From the human T2T-CHM13v2.0 reference genome, Homo sapiens: a stretch of 64,000 bases of DNA. Positions 45,305 through 62,045 of this stretch are shown one piece after another. A program made the position numbers and the translations under genes. The number at the start of each line of letters is the position of its first letter. Within the stretch, counting starts at the first letter, position 1. The notes under the pieces are model-generated. The model was not told the DNA's origin, ran no database searches, and saw only the letters and a list, made by a program, of their open reading frames with translations. Location of the stretch: NCBI RefSeq assembly GCF_009914755.1, contig NC_060935.1; one strand, given 5' to 3'.

Positions 45305-46321
45305 TTACATTTTGGCATGATGTTGCAGCGGCTGGTACCGGTTGTTCCTTTCCATGTTTAGCGCTTCCTTCAGGAGCTCTTTTAGGGCAGGCCTGGTGGT
45401 GACAAAATCTCTCAGCATTTGCTTGTCTGTAAAGTATTTTATTTCTCCTTCACTTATGAAGCTTAGTTTGGCTGGATATGAAATTCTGGGTTGAAAATTC
45501 TTTTCTTTAAGAATGTTAAATATTGGCCCCCACTCTCTTCTGGCTTGTAGGGTTTCTGCTGAGAGATCCGCTGTTAGTCTGATGGGCTTCCCTTTGAGGG
45601 TAACCCGACCTTTCTCTCTGGCTGCCCTTAACATTTTTTCCTTCATTTCAACTTTGGTGAATCTGACAATTATGTGTCTTGGAGTTGCTCTTCTCGAGGA
45701 GTATCTTTGTGGCATTCTCTGTATTTCCTGAATCTGAACGTCGGCCTGCCTTGCTAGATTGGGGAAGTTCTCCTGGATAATATCCTGCAGAGTGTTTTCC
45801 AACTTGGTTCCATTCTCCCCGTCACTTTCAGGTACACCAATCAGACATAGATTTGGTCTTTTCACATAGTCTTATATTTCTTGGAGGCTTTGATCATTTC
45901 TTTTTATTCTTTTTTCTCTAAACTTCCCTTCTTGCTTCATTTCATTCATTTCATCTTCCATTGCTGACACCCTTTCTTCCAGTTGATCGCATCAGTTCCT
46001 GAGGCTTTTGCATTCTTCACGTAGTTCTCGAGCCTTGGTTTTCAGCTGCATCAGCTCCTTTAAGCACTTCTCTGTATTGGTTATTCTAGTTATACATTCT
46101 TCTAAATTTTTTTCAAAGTTTTCAACTTCTTTGCCTTTGGTTTGAATGTCCTCCCATAGCTCAGAGTAATTTGATCATCTGAAGCCTTCTTCTCTCAGCT
46201 CCTCAAAGTCATTCTCTGTCCAGCTTTGTTCCATTGCTGGTGAGGAACTGCGTTCCTTTGGAGGAGGAGAGGTGCTCTGCGTTTTAGAGTTTCCAGTTTT
46301 TCTGTTCTGTTTTCTCCCCAT
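45305..46321 (-). pseudogene. L1 ORF1 (RNA-binding chaperone), disrupted
   Basis: 1017-bp frame from the ATG at 46321 (338 codons plus stop), with in-frame stops at codons 49 (TGA), 110 (TGA) and 150 (TAA). The C-terminal 186 aa remain open. Confidence 0.93.
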
Positions 46322-47229
46322 CTTTGTGGTTTTATCTACTTTTGGTCTTTGATGATGATTATGTACAGATGGGTTTTTGGTGTAGATGTCCTTTCTGTTT
46401 GTTAGTTTTCCTTCTAACAGACAGGACCCTCAGCTGCAGATCTGTTGGAATACCCTGCCATGTGAGGTGTCAGTGTGCCCCTGCTGGGGAGTGCCTCCCA
46501 GTTAGGCTGCTCGGGGGTCAGGGGTCAGGGACCCACTTGAGGAGGCAGTCTGCCCGTTCTCAGATCTCCAGCTGCGTGCTGGGAGAACCACTGCTGTCTT
46601 CAAAGCTGTCAGACAGGGACGTTTAAGTCTGCAGAGATTACTACTGCTGTCTTTTTGTTTGTCTGTGCCCTGCCCCCAGAGGTGGAGCCTACAGAGGCAG
46701 GCAGGCCTCCTTGAGCTGTGGTGGGTTCCACCCAGTTCGAGCTTCCCGGCTGCTTTGTTTACCTAAGCAATCCTGGGCAATGGTGGGCGCCCCTCCCCCA
46801 GCCTCGCTGCCGCCTTGCAGTTTGATCTCAGACTGCTGTGCTAGCAATCAGCGAGACTCTGTGGGCGTAGGACCCTCTGAGCCAGGTGCAGGATATAATC
46901 TCGTGGTGCGCCATTTTTTAAGCCGGTCCGAAAAGCGCAGTATTCGGGTGGGAGTGACCCGATTTTCCGGGTGCGTCCGTCACCCCTTTCTTTGACTTGG
47001 AAAGGGAACTCCCTGACCCCTTGCGCTTCCCAAGTGAGGCAATGCCTCGCCCTGCTTCAGCTCGCGCATGGTGCGCGCACCCACTGACCTGCGCCCACTG
47101 TCTGGCACTCCCTAGTGAGATGAACCCGGTACCTCAGATGGAAATGCAGAAATCACCCATCTTCTGCATCTCTCACGCTGGGAGCTGTAGACTGGAGCTG
47201 TTCCTATTCAGCCATCTTCCCTCCTCCCC
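46322..47229 (-). promoter_or_regulatory. L1 5'UTR: internal sense promoter and antisense promoter; YY1 motif altered
   Basis: Full ~908-bp 5'UTR. The 5' end reads GGGAAGATGGCTG where the right-hand copy has CCAAGATGGCCG. Confidence 0.8.
46780..46995 (+). CDS. ORF0: Intact L1 ORF0 (71 aa, antisense ORF in the primate L1 5'UTR)
   Basis: GCAATGG start context; MVGAPPPASLPPCSLISDCCASNQRDSVGVGPSEPG...RVGVTRFSGCVRHPFL*, 216 nt. Expression is not shown by the sequence. Confidence 0.8.
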   Translation: MVGAPPPASLPPCSLISDCCASNQRDSVGVGPSEPGAGYNLVVRHFLSRSEKRSIRVGVTRFSGCVRHPFL

Positions 47230-47321
47230 AGATAATTTTCTTTGTAAAGGAGAAAACATGTAAGCTTTGGAACCAGAAAAGGATGATTGTGCATCACTAC
47301 TTACTAGCCCCATGTTTGACC

Positions 47322-47813
47322 AACTTTGTTTTCTTGGGCGCTATAACAAAATACAATAAAACAGGTCCCTTAAAACAACAGAAATACTGTCTCACAGTTC
47401 TGGAGGCTAGAAGAACAAACTGCAGGACCATGCTCCCTCTAAAACTTGTAGGGAAATTCTTCCTTGCCTCTTTCCAGCTTCTGAGGGTTTGACAGCAATC
47501 TTTGGTGTTCCTCGGCCTATGGATGCATCACTCCAATCCTCCATCTTCACATGGCCTTCTCTCTGTGCATGTCTGTCTCTGTATCCAAATTTCCCTCTTT
47601 TGTAAGGAAACCAGTTATACTGAATAAGGGCTCACACTAGTAATGTTTAACTCGATTAATAATAATAATTAATAATAATCTTTAACTCAAAATATGTTTA
47701 ACTCAATTGACTCTGTAGAGGCCCTATTAAAAATAAGGTCACATTCTGTAGTAATGGGCATTTGGACTTTCACATCTCTTTTTTGGAGGCAGGAACATAA
47801 TTCAACCAAAACA
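47322..47813 (-). mobile_element. MLT1C/B-like LTR splitting a MIR (MIR halves ~47260-47321 and ~47814-47975)
   Basis: CTTAAAACAACAGAAATACTGTCTCACAGTTCTGGAGGCTAGAAG...AATAAGGTCACATTCTG...AATTCAACCAAAACA. Confidence 0.8.
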
Positions 47814-48010
47814 CCAGTTTGCTTAATTTCCCAAAACTTCAGTTTCGTTATATGTAAAATGCAAATAATACTGACTGTCTGTAGCATTAATTGAAAGATT
47901 AAAATAAATGGACTAAGAAATAAACTATGGAAAACCAACTAGTATAGCAGCTGCTGTATCACAGGTGCTCAAATATATATATGGGCACCCTGTTATCCAG
48001 TCATATAAGT

Positions 48011-48042
<32 letters not shown>

Positions 48043-49603
48043 TAAACACACAGGTTTGTGTGTATGTGTGTATAAAACTTTCCCTTTTCTCCCAGGTATT
48101 TATGTCTCTTTGGTGTTCACACAAAACATGATGTATTTTTCTTTCCACTCGTTACATTATATTTGAACTATATATCCATTTATCTATCTGGCTTGCTACT
48201 ATTTTGATATTAGAAACTGTTGCAGTAATTTTTAGATTAATACCTAACTTTGTTTACTAATTAATAATTTACTTATCAAGTAAAGGACTAAATGGAAAAA
48301 TGGATGGATGAACATGACTAAAGCTTACCAAAAATGCCCTTTATACCGGAATTTCTCTTAGTGGGTCAGAGTTTAGGTGGTATTCAAACGTATCAAAGGC
48401 ATATACGTATTTTGCTTTTTGTATGTGTTTGTGTACATTCTCATTATTGTTACTTGTCAGTTTCCTAGGTTTCCGACTGTGATCTTTAGATTTTTTTGAC
48501 TAGCCTACAAACTTAGATTTTTAAAATCCGAATGACATCTACAGCAGTTTCCCAGGAGCTTTCTTTCAGAATATCTGCCAAAATAATTTATTGCTGTCTT
48601 AGGTTATTTCATCTTGAGCAACATGAACATTCCGTCAAGCAGAGGGTATAGGGAGAAGTCTCATCAGTAAATAAGCTGGCTAAAATTTAGATGTCCATCA
48701 ATCTCTGTTAAATTTTATCTCATATACCCTGAGATAGGAGAGTAATATAACCATTTAAAAATAAAACTTATTTCTTGCCCATTTACTATATTTGGAAGAA
48801 AAAAATAGTGGATAATTAGGAAGTGGAAAATTTTGGAAGAAAATAATTAGTAGACTTACTAATTATTTATAAGGGAAAGAACTGAGAACAGTAATTTTAA
48901 AATATATCCATGTTCTTGAATATTTCCACCCTTAAGTAACTACAGAGGAAATGGACTGATTTACCACGAAAGATTACTATAATAATAACCTACAGATTGA
49001 AATTTAAGCTCCATTTAGGGGCTGGAACCAATTATTTATAATACTAGAATGGTCTGAAATAATCTTGTATTATCCTGCAAAAAAAATCTGAAGTGGGAAT
49101 AAGCCCACACCTCATTTATGTGTATAAAACAATCTCAGCCTTACATCTTTTAAGAAAAGTCTGAATGACTGCCTTATTTCCACATTTCTTTGCATAAATA
49201 AGGCAGGGCAAAAGTTTTGTCAGCTGATTAAATTTATATGCAATTTTGGTAAGACATTGTTTTCTAGTTCCACAATATATTTTTGTCCAGTCCCCCGAAA
49301 TTTGAGTTTGATTCACTCACAAAGTTGATCCTCCCAACTTCATTTAATAAAATGTAAGAAGACTTTAAAAGATATATTAGGAATAACTAGTTAGATATGG
49401 AGACTGTCTCATATTAATTATTTATTTCATGAGTGTCTGCTAAATATATAAACAACTCTGCTTGTAATTATTTATGGGTACCCAGGTGGCATAAAAAATG
49501 AAGCAGAGACAGAAAATTAGATGTAGCTTCTACCTTAGATTGATAAAAACCATAAATGCAGAACTACACAGACTAGAGTGGATAGTATTAAAAACTATAT
49601 GTA

Positions 49604-49807
49604 TAGTGATGCACTGGTAAATGTATAACAACCTGGTTTCTGAGGAAGAAAAAAATCTCTGCTTTCTAACATTAGTTGATTTGCATGGCACAAGCACTCC
49701 TATCATGACCAGTTTCAAACCACAAATGTGAAATCACTGAACATAGATTTGGGAAGAGATGGACACAACTCTTGAAAGTCAGTGTGACAAATTGAAACAC
49801 ACCACTG
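49604..49807. mobile_element. MER63A-like hAT-Blackjack element
   Basis: Termini TAGTGATGCACTGG / AAACACACCACTG; internal TCACTGAACATAGATTTGGGAAGAGATG. Confidence 0.7.
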
Positions 49808-50634
49808 CTTACATATAGATATGTAAAGTGGATGACTATTTTAACAGATACAAAAGCAAAGAATCTATGTGAATTTTTAACTAAAACTGAAAATATTATA
49901 TACCTAAAAGCATGTTGGTTAAAATGATCATTTTGAATATCTAAATCTACACAGTCATAATTATACTGATACTATTAAAACATGGTATAATGGCCTTCTG
50001 TATGGAGCTCATATTAATTGTAATAAAATAAATATTCAATTATATAAAATTTTAGAGATCATCTACTGTATATTAGACATTGTGCTATGAACAGGAGATA
50101 CACAGATGGCTAGGACTTAGTTTCTATTTTTAAATTATAAAAAGGGCCACCAAATGGATAATTCCAGTAGATAGAAGAATAAATACTAAGATAGAGGTAA
50201 GCATCTGTCCCGCAGTACAGAGAAGAGCCATTTAGCCCAGTCTTGTTTGGGATGGTTTTCTGGGAAAATGATGTTGTCAAAACCACCTTATGAAACACAG
50301 GCTTTGTTACTTTAGAGTTATTCCTAGTATTGCCAACTACAACTTCGATCCCATATTTGAAGTGATCTCTATAAATTTTGTTGAAGGTAAAGCAGGTCCA
50401 TGATTTTGTGGGGATGGTAAACAGAGGCTTAAAATAAGATAGAACTTTTAGGCCAGTTATCAGATCTTTAATGGAACTTAAACATATTACCTGACGTGGA
50501 CAGGTAGGGAGAGCCCTAGAGGAATGCTGATGGATTGGGTAACTTGTGAGATCCGTGTGTGAGCTTAGTCAAGTCATTTTCTGGTATGTCAGTTTCCTTA
50601 TCAATGGAAAAATAATGGTTTGGGGTGGATAATA

Positions 50635-50850
50635 ATAATAAAATAATAGCTAATATCTATTGATTGACTTTGATGTTGTTATATCCCTTGACCTACATTA
50701 ATTCACTTAGTTCTCACAACAATCCTATAAAGTTGATATCCTTCTTTCTCTTTTTATTTTAGATAAATCTGAGATAATTGTAAGCTATATACAATTTCAA
50801 TGTTAGGAAAGACCTGAGGTAGTATTCCAACCTAGTTCTTTCTGACTCTA
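50635..50850 (-). mobile_element. MIR SINE
   Basis: AATAATAGCTAATATCTATTG...CATTAATTCACTTAGTTCTCACAACAATCCTATAA. Confidence 0.65.
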
Positions 50851-51604
50851 ATCTCTTAGACATTTCCTGAAGTCGTTTCAGCCTTCATGTTCTTTGACCC
50901 CAGAAGTATCTTGGAATGTTTCCCTAATTGCTGTGATGACAACACAGCAGAGCTAGGGAAATCAAAGACCTAGGCTATGTCCCTTCATGTTTGTGCATTA
51001 TGGTGAGTGAGCTCTGAAAATGCCAGGGAATTTTGCCATCAAGTCTTCACATTAACTTTTCAGCAATATTCCTCAGTTTAGGAGGGAGGCCTATCCACTC
51101 CTTGTCCTTTGAAAAGTGATCATTTGCTTGATTGCACTCAACAGAAGACTTCCCATAGCCTCTGATATTTTCTTTTTCATTTCTTCTGAGTTGTTTATTT
51201 TTAATTTCTTAACATTTTTGAAGCCGCCTATTCTGAATGCATCTCAAACTTAGGGCTAAAAAGCCAAATGCTTCAATTTTGTTTTCCCATCTCTTAGGCA
51301 AACAGCCAAAATAAATTCCATAATTGAGCCAGGTTTTTCCATAACTCTGGAATTATATAAGTAGTTCCCATTTCAGGGTGTAGTTCCCAACCTTTTCTAT
51401 ATTTCTTAGCATGGCTAAATTCTTCTTATTCTTTATGATTCAGACGATCCCCTGAGAAGGTCCCAAAATGCCCCTGTGTTAACTTTATATGCTGCTTTTC
51501 TCTTTCTGGCTTAGGCTGCAGACTGCCTAAGGGCAGAGAAAAGTTTCTTTTGTTGTTGTTGTTGGTGGTTTGTTTTTTTAAATGAGTTTATCTTTTGAAC
51601 CTGA

Positions 51605-51865
51605 TGCAATGCCAGTATAACTTAGAGTGGAAGAACTTGAGATCTGTAGTTAGGATGTCTAGGTTTAATTCTTACCTTTGCTACTTAATAGTCATGTTTA
51701 CTTGGGAACATTTAAAAATTTCCCCCAGACTCACATTCTGTCTGGGAAGAGAAGATTCAACAACTCACTTCAAAAGGCTTTTGTGAGGATTAAATGGTTC
51801 ATGTAAAGCACTTGGCATGGTATCTAGCACATACTGAGTATTCAAAAACCATTATTATTTTTATT
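51605..51865 (+). mobile_element. MIR SINE
   Basis: TTGTGAGGATTAAATGGTTCATGTAAAGCACTTGGCATGGTATCTAGCACATA. Confidence 0.7.
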
Positions 51866-52073
51866 AGGTACTCAAATGTTAAATGAAGAGTAAGAAAATG
51901 AATGTAATTATTCATTCAGAAAATATTTATTGGTGCTAGACCCATTTCTAAGACCTGGAAGGGTAGCAGACAGCACATCCAAGTTGCTCCCTGGTTTTTC
52001 TAGAGCTTACATTCTCTCAAAGGGAGAAAGACACCAAACAGAAAAATAAATATGTGTGAAAATAAAGCAGAGT

Positions 52074-52449
<376 letters not shown>

Positions 52450-52709
52450 TTAGATAAGGTAACCAGAGATAGACTCCTGTTTATGATAATATTTATTCAT
52501 GCACCTGAGTGAAAAGAGGGATAGATCTGTAACTCTGTGGGTTGGGGCAGGGGCGGAGCAAAAGCAAAGGCCCTGAGGCTAGAGGGTTTCTGTCATCATC
52601 AAAGAAAAGCAAGAGAAAGGACTGATTTGGTAGAAGAGGAGATATGAGAGGATGTTTAAGAGGGAGAATGATAGGAGAAGAGGGTGAGCATCAAAGTGTG
52701 ACACATTTT

Positions 52710-53306
52710 TAAACTAGTACAACTTCTGTGGAAAACAGTATGGAGATTTCTCAAAGAACTAAAAATAGAATTACCATTTGATTCAGCAATCCCACTACTG
52801 GCTATCTGCCCAAGGGAAAAGAATTCATTATATCACAAAGATGCCTGCTCGCATATGTTTATCACAGCATTATTCACAATAGAAACAATATGGAATCAAC
52901 CTAAGTGTCTATCAAGAGATGATTGGATAAGGAAAATGTGGCATATATACTTAATGGAATACTATTCAGCCATTTAAAAGAAGAAATCATGTCTTTTGCA
53001 GCCATGAGGATGGAACAAGAGGCCATTATCTTAAGTAAAACAAATCAGACACAGAAATACAAATTCAACATTCTCACTTATAAGTGGGAACTAAAATAAC
53101 ATGTTTGCATGAATGTAGAATGTGTAACGATGGATAATAGAGATTAGGAAGATTGAGTAGTGGAGAGGAGCACAGATTATGAGCAATTACTTAATAGGTA
53201 CAACATACATTATTTGGGTGATGAACACCCTAAAAGATCTGACTTTACCACTGTGCAATTTAGGGATATAACAAAATTATACTTGCATTCCATATATTTA
53301 TTAAAA
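52710..53306 (+). mobile_element. L1PB4-like 3' end with TSD
   Basis: GGAAAACAGTATGGAGATTTCTCAAAGAACTAAAAATAG...; flanks AAAGTGTGACACATTTTTA (52693-52711) / AAGGTGTGACAGATTTTTA (53307-53325). Confidence 0.8.
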
Positions 53307-54723
53307 AAGGTGTGACAGATTTTTAGGGATTGTTGGCCAAGTAAAAACTATAGATTTCATGCTGAGTGAGATGGAAGGAATTTCAGGGTTTGGAATAGCA
53401 TTATGAAATGAATTGAAGATGCTCTCATTGAGAATGAAATAAATGATTAAACGGTCTCGAGATAGACTCAGATAATTAAGGGTATATTAGCGAACTGATG
53501 AAGAAGATGCATTAAAAAGATAACATTCGGGGAAGGGCAGAGAGTTGACAAATGAGGTGTTAAGAAGTAAAACTAGACTGACCTCACAAAAGAGAAAATT
53601 AAGACAAAGGCATTGTGATTTATGCACAATTGTCAATTTGTACATGTACATATATGGGTCCACTTGTCAAGCTTTCATTGCCTACAGCTCTTTTGACTTT
53701 TTATTTTCCTTCAGGAGCCCATACTTTAAAAACATTTTCTCAACCAAAGATAATTTATTTATAATTAATTCATGCCATCATATTTTTTCAAAGCCATAAG
53801 TAACCTCAATCTCAACTTCCAATGGGCAACAGCAAACCAATGTCATCCTCTCCTGGAGTCGCCATTCTAGCCAAGAGCAAATGAACCTATGATTTCCATC
53901 AACCTGTACTGCCTTATTGCAATTAATATATTCTATCCCTTGGTTTCTTTTAAACACTGGAAATAGCTTTAGCTTGTATAATCCCTTTTCTTTTTCGGTG
54001 GAATCCTAGGAGTCTCTGAACCATAAGTGTGGGATTCAAATTACTCATGTAAGCCTACAGATAGAATGTGTATCTTACATAACCATTATATACATATTCC
54101 ATCATATACATGCATGTTTTACACACAATGCATTTTATCTCTAGAATATATGTATATACTGTGTATATAGTGCTTTCAAATAAGGTCATATTCACAGGTT
54201 TACACAGTTAGAATGTGGACTTATCATTGTAGGGAATACCATTCAATTCACCACAGAGGTATTTATTGGAAAAATGTGTATTGGAAAGGAGAACTATCAG
54301 GCTGCATTATTTGTTAAACATCTAAGATTATTATGTTAATATAAAAGATCTCATAAACAGAAGCTCTTATTATCTAGTCAATAGTTGTTTTATTTCTTAT
54401 TGATATATTATTATGCTGCTGAATTGTGAATTTAATTTGAGGCATGAATGTGTCATACATCTTCATCCAATCAGAAGATTCAGTTCAGATGTGTCTATAT
54501 AATATATGTGTTTATCTTTCAGAAACTTTGTAAGTAAAGAATATTACCCTTAGAGATAAGTCACTCTCACTGGAGAGAAGATTGTGAGGTAGGGAAGAAT
54601 GTGGAAATTAACCATCTCTGAGTACATGTTCCCAACGATAGGGCCATATTGATGAGGGGTCGGAAAGCAGGAGCCTGCCAAAGAGCAAAAGATAGGCCTG
54701 TGTGGACAAGAGGTTACTTTATT

Positions 54724-55049
54724 TTATTATTCATTCATTCATTCATTCATTTATTCATTTACTTATTTTGAGATGGAGTCTTGCTCTGTCACCCAGACTG
54801 GAGTGCAGTGGTACAATCTCAGCTCACTGCAGCCTCTGCCTCCCAGGTTCAAGTGATTCTCGTGTCAGCCTCCCGAGTAGCTGGAATTATTGGTGCCCAC
54901 CACTACACCTGGCTAAGTTTTGTATTTTTAGTAGAGACGGGGTTTCGCCAGGTTTGTCAGGCTGGTCTGGAATTCCTGACCTCAAGTAATCTGTCCACCT
55001 CGGCCTCCCAAAGTGTTGGGATTACATGCATGAGCCACCATGCCTGGAC
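54724..55049 (-). mobile_element. AluS (Sz/Sx-like), antisense, (ATTC)n-derived tail
   Basis: Dimeric Alu. TSD AGGTTACTTTATT (54711-54723 / 55051-55063). Confidence 0.93.
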
Positions 55050-56439
55050 AAGGTTACTTTATTAAACAGGGTAGGACCTCTTATTAGATTGGTTCACCTG
55101 GAGGATGGTCTTAGTGATACCTGACTTTGAGTCTCTTTCAGTCTCTCTGCAAAGCTCATTTTGAAAGACATTTCTGAGTCACCTACTAAATGCCAGACAC
55201 TGAGACGAGCAAATGAACAAAATAAAAGTCTCTGACTCTAGAGAACATCAACCCTGGAGTGTGGCAAGGCAGGAGGCAGTGGTGGGGGACAAGGAAGAGA
55301 AACATATGCATTCTCTACATTCAAATCTTATTATACTTTAATTTCTTAGAGAATAAAACAGGAGGGGAAGTCAGAACAAATAAAGGGCAATATCTGAAAA
55401 CTGTTAAGGACTTTAAAATTATATTCAAATTTATTTAAGTACTCTTAAATTTACTTAGTGTGTAACAGAAGAGAAAGCTGAGTTATATTGGTTACCTTCT
55501 GTTTTGTAAACACAAATTAATTTTACAGTGTCTCTGTTAGCCAGATAAAACCATTGATATTTATTGACAAGTAAATCAAAAGCATTTGTGGTTACTGGCT
55601 TCTTAATTTCATCTACTCTTGTTTCTGTCATTGGGGAGTTTTCAGCACTTATATTGGTCTATTTTGATGAAAGACTCACAACAGAGGGCAACTAAAACAA
55701 GAGTGTTCCTCAAGTGATTTTTCTAGGATTTTTCTAGGACTAATTATTACTTTATTAGTCCTCCCCAAATTTTGAGGACATTCATACATAAATCTGAGAG
55801 TTATTTTCATGAGATTATCTCACCAGATGGCTTACTTAAATATTTGTACCATTGTAGAAGTAATTACTTCATCTGGGAGAAAAAAAAAGTTCAAAAGCCC
55901 TGGATTATTTTTGTCTGTTTTCATTTGTTTCATTTCTATTTTACTGTCTAGACAGGAGCAAACTTACATTTCTATGATAAATAGATGTTGGTAAGGTTTT
56001 GGAAAATACATATATGTCAAAATATAGGAAATTCTCTGTGTCAGAAATAACCACAATTATGGTGTAATGAATGTAATACTCAACAGAGAGTTGGAAAATA
56101 AGGCATAAATTTTGGGTTTTAGTAAATATGAGCTATGTAACCTTGTGCAAGTCACTTAATCTTACTAACATCATATTCACCTGCTAAAAATTGAGTAAAT
56201 AATGGAAACTCCATTGAGCCATTATATAAATTAAAACATAATGCCACATTTGAAAGTGCTAAGGAATCCATGCCAGAAAAGGCAAATTAAGGAGTTAATC
56301 AATTACCATTATTAATTTTTAAAATACTAAATAATTACTAGTTTAAACATCTAGTACTGCTAGTAACAGATTATATTTTGCCTAGCTATTTGAAGCAGTT
56401 AAAAAGAGTTCCTTTGAGGATTTGAGGCAGTTTGGCTAA

Positions 56440-56660
56440 CAGGGAAAGAATCCTGGCCTGTAAGCAGATACCCGAGTTCGATTTCCCGGTGTTCTATTTG
56501 CCTGAAGTGACACCTTGGGTAGATTATTTGACTTTTCAGGGCCACATGTCCTCCTCTATATAATGAGGATGGTTATGAAAAATAAATTACTACTTGTAAA
56601 GTACTTAAGAGGCTTGTCTGGAGTGTTATGTCAGCCCTGTGGATGTTAGCTAGTAGTGAT
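56440..56660 (+). mobile_element. MIR SINE
   Basis: CCCGAGTTCGATTTCCCGG...CCTTGGGTAGATTATTTGAC...TGTAAAGTACTTA. Confidence 0.6.
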
Positions 56661-57061
56661 CATCACTGAGTTTTCCTGAAAGCCTGACAACAGCTGGGAG
56701 GCCACAGCTGGCCACACTCTAGTGTCCCACAAAGGGACCACAGGAGTCTCCTCCTCTGGCCTTCCATGACCCCACTCTGTCCAAGACTGCTAGTAGTGCC
56801 ACACAAGGACATAGAAACTGAGAGCAAGACTGAGAGAATAAGACTAAGATAGAGAGAATTGTGAAAATAGAACAAAATGCTATTTTATCAAAACGGAGCA
56901 GAGTTTGGAAGGCTTCTAGTGCTCTATCTTCTCACTAAATATTTGTATGACTTTCAAATGTCACAATTTCTCTGCAGCAGTATTTACTCATGCGAATATT
57001 AGAAATTATTATAATTACATTGAACATTTGTTTAGGGTTTTACGATTTACAAGGTGGAAGA

Positions 57062-57312
57062 GCAGAATAACTTAATTGTGAACACCAGAGCTTTGGAATC
57101 AAGCAGGATTAGATCCCAGGTTTGTTGTTTACTAGCTGGTCAAGTCATTTAACTTCTCTGTGCCTCAGTGTTTTAATTTGAAAACTAGTAATTCAGAAAT
57201 GTTCCTCAGAATTATTAAAGATTTAAATAAAATTGTTTTTATTCTCATATATATATTTATAGAATCTCATAGCAGAAAATTTGGCAGTGGTGATGCACAT
57301 AAATGGTAGCTT
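57062..57312 (+). mobile_element. MIR SINE abutting the right L1
   Basis: AGAGCTTTGGAATCAAG...CAAGTCATTTAACTTCTCTGTGCCTCAGT...ATAAATGGTAGC. Confidence 0.75.
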
Positions 57313-57328
57313 TAAAAACAATTTTTCA

Positions 57329-60635
<3,307 letters not shown>

Positions 60636-60747
60636 AAAGAAAATTATATTCACCCAAACCTTTTAAGGATGAATTAAAGCTTATAAGGTGGAAGGGAAAG
60701 GAAAGTGCCTCCTTTTATCGGAAAACTTTGTGAGTTCAGGCTAATTC

Positions 60748-60960
60748 TAAAGGCCCTCAACCTTAGCAGTATTGAGAGTTTGAACTGAATATATATATTT
60801 TTTCAGGTGGTCTTTCCTATGCATTGTAGAATGTTTGACATCATCTCTGACCTCTACCTACTAGATGTCAGCAGCACCTCTTTCAGCTAAGAGAGTATAA
60901 AATGTCTCCAATTACCAAATGTCCCTCAGGAGGCAAAAATGATCCTGCAGAGAACGACTA
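60748..60960. mobile_element. MER20 (hAT-Charlie)
   Basis: CCTATGCATTGTAGAATGTTTGACATCATCTCTGACCTCTACCTACTAGATGTCAG...AAAATGTCTCCA...CCAAATGTCCC. Confidence 0.8.
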
Positions 60961-61556
60961 CCATCAGTAACTTGCTGATGTTCACCCAGCAACAGTATTG
61001 CAAGCAAATTTATTTCATGCATCTTACCTGATTAAGAGTAGTTGCCCAAAATATGGCATTAAGAAGGAATAATAGACTTTTTGCAGATTAAAGAAAAAAT
61101 GTTTCATTATGAATTTTTTGTGTCTGCTGTGGGACCAGGAGGGGAAATATTGGGCTGTCCTTTATAAATTCTGACTTCTAGCTAGTAGTGCTAGACAGAA
61201 GAAAAGGGATGAACCCTATGAATATTTGTATCAAAATTTTAAGTTTGGTAAATGTCAGTTTATCCAACTGCATATTTTTTCTTGCCTGTTAAGAGTTTCA
61301 GAGGAGTTTGAATTTCCTTTTGCAGTTCCTCAACTTTTTCTTTTTTAGAAGGTTGATTTCTTCCAGACATACAGTTATTATTAAGGAATAATTTTTTAGG
61401 TTTAGCCATCCATGGTTGAACTGATGTTTCATCCTGTGTTTCAGAACACTAGTTGGGCAGTTCACTGGATTAGGGTATTTTGTCCTGGAGTTCAGGGTCT
61501 GGGATGTTGCCCTTAAAAGGATCTGCAAGCTCAGACATTTAACAAATTTTGCACTT

Positions 61557-62045
61557 TATGATGGTTAATTTTATGTGTCAACTTGACTGGATTGCAGGGT
61601 GCTCAGATATTTGGCTGAATATTGTTTTTGGTTATATCTCTGAGGATGTTTCTGGAGATTAGTATTTGAATCAGTAGTCTAAGAAAAGCAGACTGACCTT
61701 CACAATGTATGTGGCCATCATCTAATCTTTTATGATGCCCAATAGAACAAAAGATAGGAAGGGAGGATTCACTCTCTCTGTTTGATTTGGGACACCATTC
61801 TTTCCCTGTTCTCAGACTAGGACTCACACCATTGGCCTTCTGGTCCTCGGAACTGCACCACTGGTCTTCTTCAGTCTCAAGCTTGCTTGAGATTTTGCTT
61901 CCATAGTATGGGATTTTTTTGCTTCCATAATTGTGTAAGCAAATGCCTTACAATAAATAAACCTCTCTATATTAATAGATAGACAGATAGATAGATAATA
62001 GATTCTCCTATTGCTTCTGTTTCTCTGTTGAACCCTAAAATACTC
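61557..62045 (+). mobile_element. MLT2 (ERVL) solo LTR
   Basis: TGATGGTTAATTTTATGTGTCAACTTGACTGG start; CCTATTGCTTCTGTTTCTCTGTTGAACCCT end; internal (GATA)n. Confidence 0.85.

Noticed and set aside
45872-45874. TGG>TAA change in ORF1 as APOBEC3 editing
   Set aside because: A single site; I saw no surrounding cluster of strand-specific G>A changes.
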